64,000 bases of DNA. Origin: a virus. Lineage: Duplodnaviria; Caudoviricetes. The stretch is taken from positions 1 to 64,000 of IMG/VR virus record IMGVR_UViG_3300032330_002177. One strand, given 5' to 3'. The translations under genes and the position numbers were made by a program. The notes under the pieces are model-generated. The model was not told where the DNA came from, did no database searches, and saw nothing but the letters and a program-made list of their open reading frames with translations. The stretch's first letter is position 1. Each line of letters begins with the position of its first letter. Positions 18,408 through 29,293 of the stretch are shown here, piece by piece.

Positions 18408-19754
18408 ATGAAAAAATTAATGTTATCTGTACTACTACTAATTGTAGTACTATCCGCTCAAGCAAGAAAATTTTATGTAAGTCAATTAGGAAATGATTCT
18501 TACAGTATAACACAAGCACAGAATCCATTAACACCATGGAAAACTCTAAGTAAGATACAGAGTAATATAGCTAATGGTGACTCTGCATTGTTTGCTAGAG
18601 GTAGTAGATTTAGTGGAACATTAACATTACAAAGTAAATCAAATGTTTACTTTGGTGTATATGGAACAGGTGTAAGTCCATTATTTTGGGGAACAGGTGC
18701 TACAGTTAGTTCATTAGTAACATTAAGAGGATGTACTAATGTAAGATTTTATAGTTGGAATATATCAGATACAACTATATCATTCACTGATAGAACAGTT
18801 CAAGCTAAAATTCAAATTGTGTTTACCATTGAGAGCTCTTCTACAGGCACAGTTATTAGAAAATGTACAATGGACAGAATAGGATATGGTGTGTACATTA
18901 CAGCGACATCAAGGGCACAAACTATTGATTCTTGTGATATTGGAAATTTAAGAATGATCAGAAATACACCTACATCTGTTAATCCTGATGATGATTATGG
19001 TGGAGTTCCAGTACAAATATCTAGTAGGAATAATACATTTACTAATAATTATTTACATGATTGTTGGTGTATAAGTTATGATTATGGACGTGATGGAGGT
19101 GGAGTTGAATTTTTTGAAGAAGGTGATACAATTAAAGGAAATGTTATAATGTATAATACATTCTATGATTGCAATGGAACATTTGAGTTTGGAAGTAATT
19201 CTGATGGTGTAGCTAATAATCCACAGATGAATAACATCATTGCTTACAATAAGATTATTAATAACACCACTACAGTTTATATTAATAATAATGGTCAATA
19301 TAAAACTAAAGTAACTAATTTACAGTTTTATAATAATATAATGGTACAAACTGTTCCCAATCCAAATCCTGTTGGTAGTAGCGGTACTATGTTCTCTATG
19401 GCGATATCTGATGTGTCTGCAGGGATTATAATTCTTAAGAATAATATTATTCAAGTTAGCAATGGATCATCTATAACACGTAGTGGACAATTTACTGGTG
19501 TTAATTTAACCCATACAAATAATATCTATAAACTTTCTAATGGTAGTATAACAAACTTTATATTGGGGGGCACAGAAATTGCTACATCAGGTGCTATTTG
19601 GATGAGTACATTAGATATAAATCCTTTAAATTGGAATTATAATTTAATATCTACATCTCCCGCAATTAATAAAGGAGTAAATGTTGGTCTCACAAGAGAT
19701 TTTAATAATAAAATTGTTAATAATCCTCCAGATCTTGGAGTATTAGAGTTTTAA
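18408..19754 (+). CDS. Secreted right-handed beta-helix (pectin-lyase-like) protein
   Basis: Sec signal peptide; FYVS..GND...PWKTL; Asn-ladder repeats; C-terminal SPAINKG...PDLGVLE. Confidence 0.75.
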   Translation: MKKLMLSVLLLIVVLSAQARKFYVSQLGNDSYSITQAQNPLTPWKTLSKIQSNIANGDSALFARGSRFSGTLTLQSKSNVYFGVYGTGVSPLFWGTGATVSSLVTLRGCTNVRFYSWNISDTTISFTDRTVQAKIQIVFTIESSSTGTVIRKCTMDRIGYGVYITATSRAQTIDSCDIGNLRMIRNTPTSVNPDDDYGGVPVQISSRNNTFTNNYLHDCWCISYDYGRDGGGVEFFEEGDTIKGNVIMYNTFYDCNGTFEFGSNSDGVANNPQMNNIIAYNKIINNTTTVYINNNGQYKTKVTNLQFYNNIMVQTVPNPNPVGSSGTMFSMAISDVSAGIIILKNNIIQVSNGSSITRSGQFTGVNLTHTNNIYKLSNGSITNFILGGTEIATSGAIWMSTLDINPLNWNYNLISTSPAINKGVNVGLTRDFNNKIVNNPPDLGVLEF

Positions 19755-19787
19755 GATGACCCAATTTCTTATCATATATTTAATTAT

Positions 19788-20003
19788 ATGAAAAGTAAGA
19801 AACAAAAAGATGAATCTAAAGACAGAAAATGGTTCATTGTTATGAATTCTAGTCTAGAATATTTCTCAGGATTAATGTATGGTGGTGAAACAGTATGGTG
19901 TAGTGATTTTAAAGAAGCTAAACCATTAGATGATGAGCGTAAATTTATAACATTAAAAAATATATGTTATAGTGAAGAATTAATAATGGATTATATAAAA
20001 TAA
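19788..20003 (+). CDS. Hypothetical protein
   Basis: Follows the TGACC promoter at 19757. Confidence 0.55.
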   Translation: MKSKKQKDESKDRKWFIVMNSSLEYFSGLMYGGETVWCSDFKEAKPLDDERKFITLKNICYSEELIMDYIK

Positions 20004-20006
20004 GTT

Positions 20007-20906
20007 ATGACAAACAAACACACTCTTTGGAATGAGAAATATAGACCTGACACATTAGAAGGCTATCTAGGAAATGAAACATTTATTGATAGTCTAAAAC
20101 AATGGGTTGAAAATAATGATTTTCCTAATTTATTACTTTATGGACCTCCAGGTACAGGTAAAACAACGGCCGCTAAATTAGTAGTTAAAAATATCAATTG
20201 TGATTTTATTTATTTAAATTGTAGTGATGAAAATGGAATTGATACAATTAGAGACAAAGTAAAACAATTCGCTTCAGGTGCTACATTTAAACCACTTAAA
20301 GTTATTATATTAGATGAAGCTGATTTTTTAACTATAAATGCTCAAGCTGCACTTAGAAATATTATTGAGTCATTTAGTTTAACTACTAGATTTATTTTTA
20401 CTTGCAATTATGTAGAACGTATTATTGATGCGTTACAATCAAGATTAACTAGTTTTCATTTAGCTGTAGCTGATATTAAGATAGTAGCTAAACATTTAGT
20501 TAGTATACTTGATGCTGAAAATGTTGAATATGATAAACATGATGTTGTTAATGTTATTAAAAAAACATATCCTGATATTAGACGAGCATTGAATTTACTT
20601 CAAGGATGTTCTATTAATGGAGATGGTAAATATAAGTTAGTAATCAAAAATATTACCAGTTCTAATTATATAGAACAAATTATCAATGAAGTTAAATCTA
20701 AAAAGAAAACATCATTTAATATAATTAGACAAATCATAGCTGATAATAATATAAATGATTTTACAGGTGTGTATAAAGAATTACATAATACTTACTCAAC
20801 ACCTGAAGCGACAATAATAATAGAAGAATATTTATTTCACTCAACTACCATAAGTGACAAAGAAATTTGTTTTATGGCTTGCATTTCAAAACTTTTAAAT
20901 ATATAA
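20007..20906 (+). CDS. Clamp loader AAA+ subunit (RFC small / T4 gp44-like)
   Basis: LWNEKYRP, GPPGTGKT, ILDEAD, QAALR, QSR. Confidence 0.93.
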   Translation: MTNKHTLWNEKYRPDTLEGYLGNETFIDSLKQWVENNDFPNLLLYGPPGTGKTTAAKLVVKNINCDFIYLNCSDENGIDTIRDKVKQFASGATFKPLKVIILDEADFLTINAQAALRNIIESFSLTTRFIFTCNYVERIIDALQSRLTSFHLAVADIKIVAKHLVSILDAENVEYDKHDVVNVIKKTYPDIRRALNLLQGCSINGDGKYKLVIKNITSSNYIEQIINEVKSKKKTSFNIIRQIIADNNINDFTGVYKELHNTYSTPEATIIIEEYLFHSTTISDKEICFMACISKLLNI

Positions 20907-20907
20907 T

Positions 20908-21141
20908 ATGGAACAAGAACAAATCAATCTAAACATTAGTTTAGACAAAACACAAGAGGTTATTTGTGAAAAATGTAATCACAATGTATTTCAAGAAGGT
21001 CTTATGCTTCGTAAAGCAAGTAAATTTTTAACTGGTACTCCACAAGATGCCCTTATACCACTACCTGTTTTCTCATGTAGCGCCTGTGGGCATGTTAATG
21101 AAGAATTTTTACCTGAACCACTTAAAAATAAAGGTGAGTAA
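20908..21141 (+). CDS. Zinc-ribbon protein
   Basis: CEKC...CSACGH. Confidence 0.7.
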   Translation: MEQEQINLNISLDKTQEVICEKCNHNVFQEGLMLRKASKFLTGTPQDALIPLPVFSCSACGHVNEEFLPEPLKNKGE

Positions 21142-21548
21142 TGATATTATTTGATTGGCTAAATGAGATAACATACAATAAACGTTCTTGGGACCAATTT
21201 ACTAGTGAAGATAAAGATGAGTTTAATACATTTATGATTCACCGTTTCATTAGTATGAATCCAGACTATATTGATGTTGTCCATTTAATCCAACAATATC
21301 CTAATTGTCCAAAGAAAAAAATATATGAGTACTATTGTAATATTTTACCTAAAAAGAAATCATTCTTTAGATATATAAAATCATCTATAAAACATGATAA
21401 CGAGTTAATTAATGAATTAGCTAAACGTTTTGAATGTAGTACTAGAGAGATAAAAGAGTATTTGACAATTATGGATAATGAACAAACTAAAAAAGAACTT
21501 AATTTAGGGCAGCCAAGTACAAATAAAAAAAGGAGAAAAAAATCATGA
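21141..21548 (+). CDS. Clamp loader small subunit (T4 gp62-like)
   Basis: LFDWLNEI, FMIHRFIS, KKKSFFRYIK; position after the gp44-like gene. Confidence 0.7.
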   Translation: MILFDWLNEITYNKRSWDQFTSEDKDEFNTFMIHRFISMNPDYIDVVHLIQQYPNCPKKKIYEYYCNILPKKKSFFRYIKSSIKHDNELINELAKRFECSTREIKEYLTIMDNEQTKKELNLGQPSTNKKRRKKS

Positions 21549-21859
21549 TTACATTTATACTAGGTGCTTTAGCTGCTATAGCGGTTGGAGTTATTGTTTG
21601 GCTTGTCACAGGCATTATTAAAATGAGTAAACAAGTTAAGCAGTTAGAAAAACAAAAAGAACAGTTATGGTTGGAAATTCAAGGTCGTTGTGATTCAATT
21701 GAACGTGAATTAAATATGGTTATAGCTAAATTAAATGATCGTGTTGATACATCAATGTCATATACCGACTCACGACTTGATAAATTGATCAATCATATTG
21801 AGCATACATATGTTACGAAAAAAAATAGATTAGATAATACAATAGATTATAATAATTAA
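21545..21859 (+). CDS. Membrane-anchored coiled-coil protein
   Basis: N-terminal hydrophobic helix. Confidence 0.6.
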   Translation: MITFILGALAAIAVGVIVWLVTGIIKMSKQVKQLEKQKEQLWLEIQGRCDSIERELNMVIAKLNDRVDTSMSYTDSRLDKLINHIEHTYVTKKNRLDNTIDYNN

Positions 21860-21913
21860 CCCACTTGGCTGCCTTAATTAAGTTAACTATATTTAAATTA
21901 TAAAAATAAACTT

Positions 21914-22279
21914 ATGTCTATAGAAAAAACAAGTGATCATAGTTACGCTATTAAGAATGATAATGGATGGTTCGCAACATCTACATCTGAATCTACACCA
22001 ACTGATGGTTATATATTAACTCCTAAAGATGATATTACAACATCAGTAATGGAAGATTTAAAATTACGATCTGATAGAGGCTATATAAAATACGGTACTA
22101 CATTACATCAAAATAATCATCAAAATATGCTTCAACACATGTATGAAGAAGCATTAGATTTCGCTCAATATTTAAAAAAAGAAATTACAACATTAAATAC
22201 AATTCAAGATCTAGTTAATCAATATCCTAATGATATAGAGTTAGGTAAAGCAATAAAAGAAAAATATGGCCAAAAATAA
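21914..22279 (+). CDS. All-alpha NTP pyrophosphohydrolase-like protein
   Basis: RSDRGYIKYGTTL...HMYEEALD..QYL. Confidence 0.5.
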   Translation: MSIEKTSDHSYAIKNDNGWFATSTSESTPTDGYILTPKDDITTSVMEDLKLRSDRGYIKYGTTLHQNNHQNMLQHMYEEALDFAQYLKKEITTLNTIQDLVNQYPNDIELGKAIKEKYGQK

Positions 22280-23207
22280 ATTAACTGAAATTGAGTTAAA
22301 AATTAAAAATACACCCGCTAAAGAAGTAGATTATAGATATCAAACAACAGTATCTTACTCTCAATACTCAATGTGGCGTAAATGTCCTCATCAATGGTAT
22401 TTAAACTATGGTAAAGGATTAGTAGAATATTCTCAATCAATCCATACTATATTTGGTACTTCAATTCATGAAGCAATTCAACATTATTTAAAAGTAATGT
22501 ATAGTGAAAGTGGAGCAGCTGCTGATAGAGAAGATATAGTATCTATATTTAAAGAGAAATTCAAAACATTATATAAAGAAGAATTTAATAGAACTAAACA
22601 ACATTTTTCATCACCAGATGAGATGGCTGAGTTTCATGAAGATGGAATTACTATATTAGAATATTTTAAAAAGAATCGTAATAAGTATTTTTCAACTCGT
22701 AATGTTGTTTTATTAGGTATTGAAATGCCTTTAATGGTAGGTCTATCTAAAAATTTATTTCTAAAAGGTTATATTGATTTTGTTTTATATGATAAGGATT
22801 TAGATAAAGTCTATATCTATGATATTAAAACATCTAGATCTGGATGGATAGATAAAGATAAAAAAGATAGTATTAAAATATCTCAGTTATTAATTTATAA
22901 AGAATATTTTTCAAAACAATATAATATTGATATCGATAAAATAGAAGTTGAATTTTTTATAGTTAAAAGAAAAATATGGGATAGTCCAGACTTTGTAATA
23001 CCACGTATACAAGAATTCAAACCAGCGGCTGGTAAAACAAAAAGAAAACAAGCGGCAGAAGCATTTAATATGTTTCTAAATGAATGTTTTGATGATGAAG
23101 GAAAAATAATAGATAAAGAATATATTAAAATAGTAGATAAATCATCTTGTACTTATTGTCCATTTAGTAATAATAAAGAACTTTGTAATAAGAATATCGC
23201 TTTATAA
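22266..23207 (+). CDS. PD-(D/E)xK nuclease (Cas4/AddB-like)
   Basis: SYSQ..CP, FGTSIH, KGYID, YDIKT, QLLIY, C-terminal CTYCPF..LC. Confidence 0.85.
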   Translation: MAKNKLTEIELKIKNTPAKEVDYRYQTTVSYSQYSMWRKCPHQWYLNYGKGLVEYSQSIHTIFGTSIHEAIQHYLKVMYSESGAAADREDIVSIFKEKFKTLYKEEFNRTKQHFSSPDEMAEFHEDGITILEYFKKNRNKYFSTRNVVLLGIEMPLMVGLSKNLFLKGYIDFVLYDKDLDKVYIYDIKTSRSGWIDKDKKDSIKISQLLIYKEYFSKQYNIDIDKIEVEFFIVKRKIWDSPDFVIPRIQEFKPAAGKTKRKQAAEAFNMFLNECFDDEGKIIDKEYIKIVDKSSCTYCPFSNNKELCNKNIAL

Positions 23208-23248
23208 TCTCTGTATATATTTGCTAATATAAGTGATAAATCTAAAAT

Positions 23249-23569
23249 ATGAGAATAGCTATATATGTTTTAAAAATGAATGATACTGTTATATATGTTG
23301 GTAAATCTCATCAACCTCAAAACAGATATAACCTTCATGTATCAAGTGATCTAAAAGGTAAATTTAATAAAATGGAGATTATAGATGAGTATAACGATCC
23401 AGAACAAGATTGGATAAAACATTTTGAAAAACAAAATATTATTTTAGAGAATAAAAATAGATCTGTTGAAGTTGAGTCATGGTGGAAAATAGGAGATATT
23501 ATTGATAGCTCTTCAAGTAATATTAAAATAAAAAATAAAAGAAAATTTATAAATTCTATGTTGTCTTAA
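23249..23569 (+). CDS. GIY-YIG nuclease-domain protein
   Basis: AIYVL...IYVGKS...R...E..WI...N. Confidence 0.65.
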   Translation: MRIAIYVLKMNDTVIYVGKSHQPQNRYNLHVSSDLKGKFNKMEIIDEYNDPEQDWIKHFEKQNIILENKNRSVEVESWWKIGDIIDSSSSNIKIKNKRKFINSMLS

Positions 23570-23608
23570 TATTCTATATATATTTATATATGAAAATAAA
23601 TTTATATT

Positions 23609-23806
23609 ATGGATAAAAACAAATTAACAAGCGTAAAAGTAAAAGATGACTTGTTCGAAGAATTTAAAGTATTATGTGTACGAACAAAATTTTCACTTCA
23701 AAAATTAGTAGATAGAAGTATTCATTTGTATTTAACAAATGATGATTTTAGAAAACAAATTCACAATCACACAAATCTATCAATATCAGGTAGTCAACAA
23801 TCTTAA
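23609..23806 (+). CDS. Small ribbon-helix-helix-like DNA-binding protein
   Basis: LTSVKV strand followed by two helices. Confidence 0.5.
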   Translation: MDKNKLTSVKVKDDLFEEFKVLCVRTKFSLQKLVDRSIHLYLTNDDFRKQIHNHTNLSISGSQQS

Positions 23807-23823
23807 ATTATTTAAAATACGTT

Positions 23824-25254
23824 ATGAAAGAAAGTTACATTAAACAGCTAGAGCGAAAGAAAATACTTTTACTCTGTGATGACATTCGTATGACATCAGG
23901 TATCTCTACAATGGCTAGAGAAATAGTATTAGGTACCGCTCACCATTACAATTGGGTAAATATAGGAGGAGCAATTAATCACCCAGATCAAGGTAAACGA
24001 TTTGATCTTAATAGTGATACAAACACACATGCTGGTATAGATGACGCTAATGTTATATTATACCCTATTAATGGATATGGTGATCCAAATCTAGTTAGAC
24101 AAATGATAGAATTTGAAAAACCGGATGTATTAATGATCTTCACAGATCCAAGATATTGGATTTGGTTATTTCAAATTGAAAATGAAATTAGAAGAAAAAT
24201 ACCTATTGTTTACCTTAATATTTGGGATGACTATCCAGCTCCATTATATAATGAGGCATATTATGAATCATGCGATGGATTAATGTCTATATCAAAACAA
24301 ACACTTAATATAAATAAATTAGTGTTGGGTGACAAAGTTAAAGATAAAGTATTAGATTATGTACCTCATGGTATTAATGAAAAAATATTTTTCCCAGTTG
24401 ATGATAAGTCTAAATTAAATGATATTAAAAAGAAATTATTCGGTGATAAAGAATATGATTTTATATTAATGTTTAACTCTAGGAATATTAGACGTAAACA
24501 AATTCCAGATACATTAGCCGCTTTCAAGACATTCTTAGATAAATTACCTAAAGAAAAAGCAGATAAATGTGCTTTTGTATTACATACTCAACCTATTGAT
24601 GAACATGGTACTGATCTATATGCTGTTAGAGATATGTTATTTACAGAAGAACAATGTTCTCAAATATATTTTTCAGATTTAAGAATACCATCTCAAGATT
24701 TAAATTTAATATATAATATAAGCGATGCTGTTATTTTATTAAGTTCAAATGAAGGTTGGGGATTATCATTAACCGAAGGAATGATGTGTGGAAAAATGAT
24801 TATAGGTAATGTAAGTGGGGGGATGCAAGACCAAATGAGATTTGTAGATGAGAATGGGAAGTGGATTAATTTTGATAGTGAGTTTTGCTCTAACCATTTT
24901 GGCAGATATAAAACATGTGGTGAATGGGCTATACCAGTATTTCCAAGTAATATGAGTTTACAAGGATCAGTTCCTACACCTTATATTTTTGATGATAGAG
25001 TTGATTTTAGAGAAGCGGCTGATGCTATTATGAAAGTATATGAGTTAGGAGTTGAAGAAAGAGAACGTAGAGGTAAGTTAGCCCATGAGTGGGTAACATC
25101 AGATGAGTCTATGATGACCGCTGAAAATATGAGCAGAAATGTTATAAAGCATATTGATAAAGTTTTGGAAAACTGGAAACCAAAACCTAAATTTGAATTA
25201 ATAAAAACAGAGTCAATTAAGAAAAAATATATTCGTCACAAATTAGTTTATTAA
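23824..25254 (+). CDS. Glycosyltransferase family 4
   Basis: VPHGIN, RNIRRK, SSNEGWGLSLTEGM. Confidence 0.9.
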   Translation: MKESYIKQLERKKILLLCDDIRMTSGISTMAREIVLGTAHHYNWVNIGGAINHPDQGKRFDLNSDTNTHAGIDDANVILYPINGYGDPNLVRQMIEFEKPDVLMIFTDPRYWIWLFQIENEIRRKIPIVYLNIWDDYPAPLYNEAYYESCDGLMSISKQTLNINKLVLGDKVKDKVLDYVPHGINEKIFFPVDDKSKLNDIKKKLFGDKEYDFILMFNSRNIRRKQIPDTLAAFKTFLDKLPKEKADKCAFVLHTQPIDEHGTDLYAVRDMLFTEEQCSQIYFSDLRIPSQDLNLIYNISDAVILLSSNEGWGLSLTEGMMCGKMIIGNVSGGMQDQMRFVDENGKWINFDSEFCSNHFGRYKTCGEWAIPVFPSNMSLQGSVPTPYIFDDRVDFREAADAIMKVYELGVEERERRGKLAHEWVTSDESMMTAENMSRNVIKHIDKVLENWKPKPKFELIKTESIKKKYIRHKLVY

Positions 25255-25259
25255 TAGTT

Positions 25260-26600
25260 ATGAAACCATTATTAGTTATAAGTTGCCCTATAGAAACTAT
25301 GTCTGGGTATGGGGCCCGATCACGAGATATAGTTAAAGCGCTTTTAAAGCTTGATAAATATGATATTAAAGTCATATCACAACGTTGGGGTAATACAGCA
25401 TGGAATGCTTTAGATCCATCAAACCCAGAAGATCAAAAATTACTTAATACAATCTGGAGACAACAACAATTGCCTCGTCAACCAGATATTTGGATACAAA
25501 TTACTGTTCCAAATGAATTTCAATCAGTTGGTAAACTTAATATTGGTATAACAGCTGGTATTGAGACTACAGTATGTGATGCTACTTGGATAGAAGGATT
25601 AAATAGAATGAACTTAAATTTAGTATCATCTAATCATGCTAAAACTGTATTTGAACAGTCTGCTTTTGAACAACGAGATAAAAATACTAATCAATTAATT
25701 AAACAAATTAAATTAGAAAAACCAATAGAGGTATTATTTGAGGGAGCTGATTTAAATAAATATTTTTATATAGCAGATGAAGAGTTAGAAGAAACTGAGT
25801 TAGTACAATCGTTAGATAAAATTAAAGAAGATTTTTGTTTTTTATATGTTGGACATTGGTTACAGGGTGATTTAGGTGAAGATAGAAAAAATACAGGATA
25901 CACTATTAAATCATTTTTAGAAACATTTAAAAATAAAAAATCAAAACCAGCTTTAATTCTAAAAACATCTCATGTGACTAATTCTATAATGGATAGAGAT
26001 GAAATATTAAAGAAAATAGACGCTGTTAAACAAACTGTTAAAGGTGATTTACCAAACATTTATTTATTACATGGTGATTTAGAGGATAAAGATATAAATG
26101 ATTTATATAACCATGGTAAAGTAAAAGCAATGGTATCATTAACTAAGGGAGAAGGTTTTGGTAGACCATTACTTGAATTTAGTTTATCAAAGAAACCTAT
26201 TATAGCTAGTAATTGGAGTGGACATTTAGATTTTTTACATCCAGAATATAATATATTAATAAATGGTACCTTAACTAATGTTCATCCATCTGCTCAAACT
26301 AAAAATATGATACTAGCTGAATCACAATGGTTTACACCTAATGATGGAGAGGTAGCTGATGCTTATAAAAAAGTATATGAGAATTATAATAAAGTTTTAG
26401 AAGGAGCTAAACGTCAATCTCATTATACTAAAACAAATTTCTCATTTGATAAAATGGCTGAGGTTTTAGATAGTATTTTAGAAACAAAAGTACCTAAACA
26501 AGTAGAACTTAAATTACCAACATTAAAGAAAGTTGGATCAAATGAAAGTAAAATTGAATTACCTAAATTAAATTTACCAAAACTTAAAAAAATAGAATAA
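25260..26600 (+). CDS. Glycosyltransferase family 4
   Basis: SGYG, DRKN, KGEGFGRPLLE, WSGHLDF. Confidence 0.9.
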   Translation: MKPLLVISCPIETMSGYGARSRDIVKALLKLDKYDIKVISQRWGNTAWNALDPSNPEDQKLLNTIWRQQQLPRQPDIWIQITVPNEFQSVGKLNIGITAGIETTVCDATWIEGLNRMNLNLVSSNHAKTVFEQSAFEQRDKNTNQLIKQIKLEKPIEVLFEGADLNKYFYIADEELEETELVQSLDKIKEDFCFLYVGHWLQGDLGEDRKNTGYTIKSFLETFKNKKSKPALILKTSHVTNSIMDRDEILKKIDAVKQTVKGDLPNIYLLHGDLEDKDINDLYNHGKVKAMVSLTKGEGFGRPLLEFSLSKKPIIASNWSGHLDFLHPEYNILINGTLTNVHPSAQTKNMILAESQWFTPNDGEVADAYKKVYENYNKVLEGAKRQSHYTKTNFSFDKMAEVLDSILETKVPKQVELKLPTLKKVGSNESKIELPKLNLPKLKKIE

Positions 26601-27028
26601 TGGATGATAAATTAACAATATGTAAACATTGCGGAAGTGATGCTTGTTATGAACATAAACAACAAGAAATAATAATTTGGAGTTGTATGGGATGTGGTTT
26701 TACAACTAATGAATTAATGATTGATGAAAGTCAGTTAGTGAAAGAAACAGAAGAAGTAATGCCTGAACTATATAAAGATATTAGATTTGTTGATGATGAA
26801 AAGAAAGTATGGTATCCAACTGTAATCAATATTCAAGATAAAGGTACAGTTTTTGTTAATGGTACTGATAAAGATAATTGGGGGTGGGCCGGTATTCAAG
26901 CTACTGAAACAACAGAAGAAGAAAAAGAAAAATTAAAAGGAGTAGCTTACAAATCAGATCCTAAAACATTAAAAATGTTTGATCAAAAATCATTTGATGA
27001 AGCTTGTGCTTATATTGGATTAATTTAA
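26600..27028 (+). CDS. Zinc-finger protein
   Basis: CKHCG...CMGCGF. Confidence 0.65.
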   Translation: MDDKLTICKHCGSDACYEHKQQEIIIWSCMGCGFTTNELMIDESQLVKETEEVMPELYKDIRFVDDEKKVWYPTVINIQDKGTVFVNGTDKDNWGWAGIQATETTEEEKEKLKGVAYKSDPKTLKMFDQKSFDEACAYIGLI

Positions 27029-27037
27029 AATAATATT

Positions 27038-27658
27038 ATGTCAACAATTAGTTACGCTGTTCCAGTATGTAATGAGCATAATGAACTTAATAGATTATTA
27101 TCATTTTTAATAAACCATAAACGTGATATAGATGAGATAGTTGTTCAGTACGATGAAGGAAATACAACACCAGAAGTCTATCAAGTATTAAATGAATACT
27201 CTAATAGTATTAAAGTAATTGGTTTTCCACTTAAAGGTAATTTCGCAGCGTTTAAGAATAATTTAAAAAAACATTGTTCTAAAGATTGGATATTCCAGAT
27301 TGACGCTGATGAGATGTTACATGATATTTTTATACAACATTTACCTTCAATTCTTCAAGACAATCCCTCAGTAGAATTATTTTGTTTACCTAGAATTAAT
27401 ACTGTAGAAGGATTAACAGATGAACATATTAAACAATGGAGATGGAGAGTAGATGAAAAAGGATGGATAAATTTTCCAGATATACAAACACGTATTATTC
27501 AAAACTCACCCAAGATATCTTGGGTGGGTAATGTTCATGAAATAATAACAGGACATAAGATCCACGCTGTATTACCTATACAAGATGAATATTGTATATT
27601 ACATCATAAGAATATTAAGCGACAAGAAATACAGAATACACTATATAGTATGTTATAA
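27038..27658 (+). CDS. Glycosyltransferase family 2
   Basis: AVPVCNE, IFQIDADE, WVGNVHE. Confidence 0.88.
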   Translation: MSTISYAVPVCNEHNELNRLLSFLINHKRDIDEIVVQYDEGNTTPEVYQVLNEYSNSIKVIGFPLKGNFAAFKNNLKKHCSKDWIFQIDADEMLHDIFIQHLPSILQDNPSVELFCLPRINTVEGLTDEHIKQWRWRVDEKGWINFPDIQTRIIQNSPKISWVGNVHEIITGHKIHAVLPIQDEYCILHHKNIKRQEIQNTLYSML

Positions 27659-27673
27659 AATTTACACTACATT

Positions 27674-28405
27674 ATGAAAAATGTTTTAATATATAATATC
27701 ATTGATGAAAAGAGATGTCCTAATGATGTTCTAATTAATCTCTTAAGAGCTCAAATTGATAACTCTCTTAGATTTAATTGGGATCCTAAAGATATAATTC
27801 TAGGGACTAATTTTGATTTTGAATATAAAGGAGTAAAAAATCATAAATTAAATAATGTTTGTACTTATAATCCATTTGTGAATAAATGGTATGGGATGTT
27901 AGAATTAATGGAAAATAAAGTACTAACAGATGATTTTTGGTTCCATGATCAGGATAATTGGCAGGTGGATTATCTTGAATTTCCTCAATTTGAAGGGGAA
28001 GTAGCAGGATGTACCTATGTCTGTACACCAGAATGGAATACAGCGTCTATGTTTATTAAATCAAGTGCTATAGACATAATTAGATACATAAAAGAATTTA
28101 TGGATTTAAATCAAGAGTTTAATTGGTTTAGTGATGAAAATTATTTAGCAGCTTTAAGGTCACACACTGAAATAAAGAATTATTTAACTACTATTAATAA
28201 TCAATATAATGTTGGTCTTACTTGTATAGAAAGTAGATATAACGTAGCTAATAAACCTATTAAAGTTATTGGATTTAAACCTGAAAATGATAAATCTATG
28301 AAAGTTTTTTTAGGAGATAATCCTATGAAAGTAAGTTTGGTAGATCAAGATTTATTAGATATATTTAAAAAATATTCATTAAATGAATTTAGCTTTAATA
28401 GTTGA
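27674..28405 (+). CDS. GT-A fold glycosyltransferase-like protein
   Basis: WFHDQD (DxD), WNTASMF, SDE. Confidence 0.55.
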   Translation: MKNVLIYNIIDEKRCPNDVLINLLRAQIDNSLRFNWDPKDIILGTNFDFEYKGVKNHKLNNVCTYNPFVNKWYGMLELMENKVLTDDFWFHDQDNWQVDYLEFPQFEGEVAGCTYVCTPEWNTASMFIKSSAIDIIRYIKEFMDLNQEFNWFSDENYLAALRSHTEIKNYLTTINNQYNVGLTCIESRYNVANKPIKVIGFKPENDKSMKVFLGDNPMKVSLVDQDLLDIFKKYSLNEFSFNS

Positions 28406-29291
28406 TTCTACTAAAATAGAATCTTTTTATTTAAAAGATGGTAAAAGTTTTTCATTCACAACTAATTTACCTTATCAATTTCCCCATTCAATTAAAAATG
28501 AATGTCATATTGGTTTTTGGTCTTATCCTAAATTATTTGGTGACGGGGTATTTATAAAAATAAATGAAAATCCTTTACCAGATTTAGATTTAGATATTAT
28601 AATTCTATCTTTAGAGTTACTAAATTGGGAATATAGTCTACAACGGATAAAAAATAAATATCCTAACGCTGTTATAGTAGGTACAATAAAAGAACCATCA
28701 AAAACAAAAATTGACTTTTTAAACCAATGTGATAAAATAGGGTTACAATATTCTAAACATACTTTAAATTTAAATAAAGAAACATTTTGGTTACCTCAAC
28801 CTATTGATGTTAATTACATATATGATAATTTTTATTTAGAAAATAAAAAACTTCAATTATTTCAATATAATCATCATTCATATAATAGAAAAGGAAATAC
28901 TGAGTATTTTTGTAAACATATAAGTAAAAAATATGGTATACCTATAATATCAAAAACCACATCATGGGATAATATTAACCAATGGAAAGATTTTATTTTA
29001 GACTGGAGAGATAGTTTATTTCATATCAATTTAGATCCTGAATATCAGTATGGACAACAAGCCACCCAGTGTGCTGCTTTAGGATGTGTTAATATAGGAG
29101 GTGTTAATGATTCTCATTTTCATTTATTTCCTAATACCGCTACAAATGATTTATCTATTTTAGAAAATGAGATAGAAAAATGTTTAGATGATGAAACTTA
29201 TCTTCATCAAATAATTCTTAAAGCGTGGGATAATGTTAATCAAATATACTCATTAAAATCAGTAAAACAATCACTTATTAAAAATTTATAA
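28383..29291 (+). CDS. Glycosyltransferase-like protein (GT-B C-terminal)
   Basis: LPQPID, RKG, GQQATQCAALGCVNIGG. Confidence 0.55.
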   Translation: MNLALIVDSTKIESFYLKDGKSFSFTTNLPYQFPHSIKNECHIGFWSYPKLFGDGVFIKINENPLPDLDLDIIILSLELLNWEYSLQRIKNKYPNAVIVGTIKEPSKTKIDFLNQCDKIGLQYSKHTLNLNKETFWLPQPIDVNYIYDNFYLENKKLQLFQYNHHSYNRKGNTEYFCKHISKKYGIPIISKTTSWDNINQWKDFILDWRDSLFHINLDPEYQYGQQATQCAALGCVNIGGVNDSHFHLFPNTATNDLSILENEIEKCLDDETYLHQIILKAWDNVNQIYSLKSVKQSLIKNL

Positions 29292-29293
29292 AC

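Noticed and set aside
22266-23207. Cas4 as evidence of a CRISPR system
   Set aside because: No array or other cas genes in the window; stand-alone Cas4-like nucleases are common in phages
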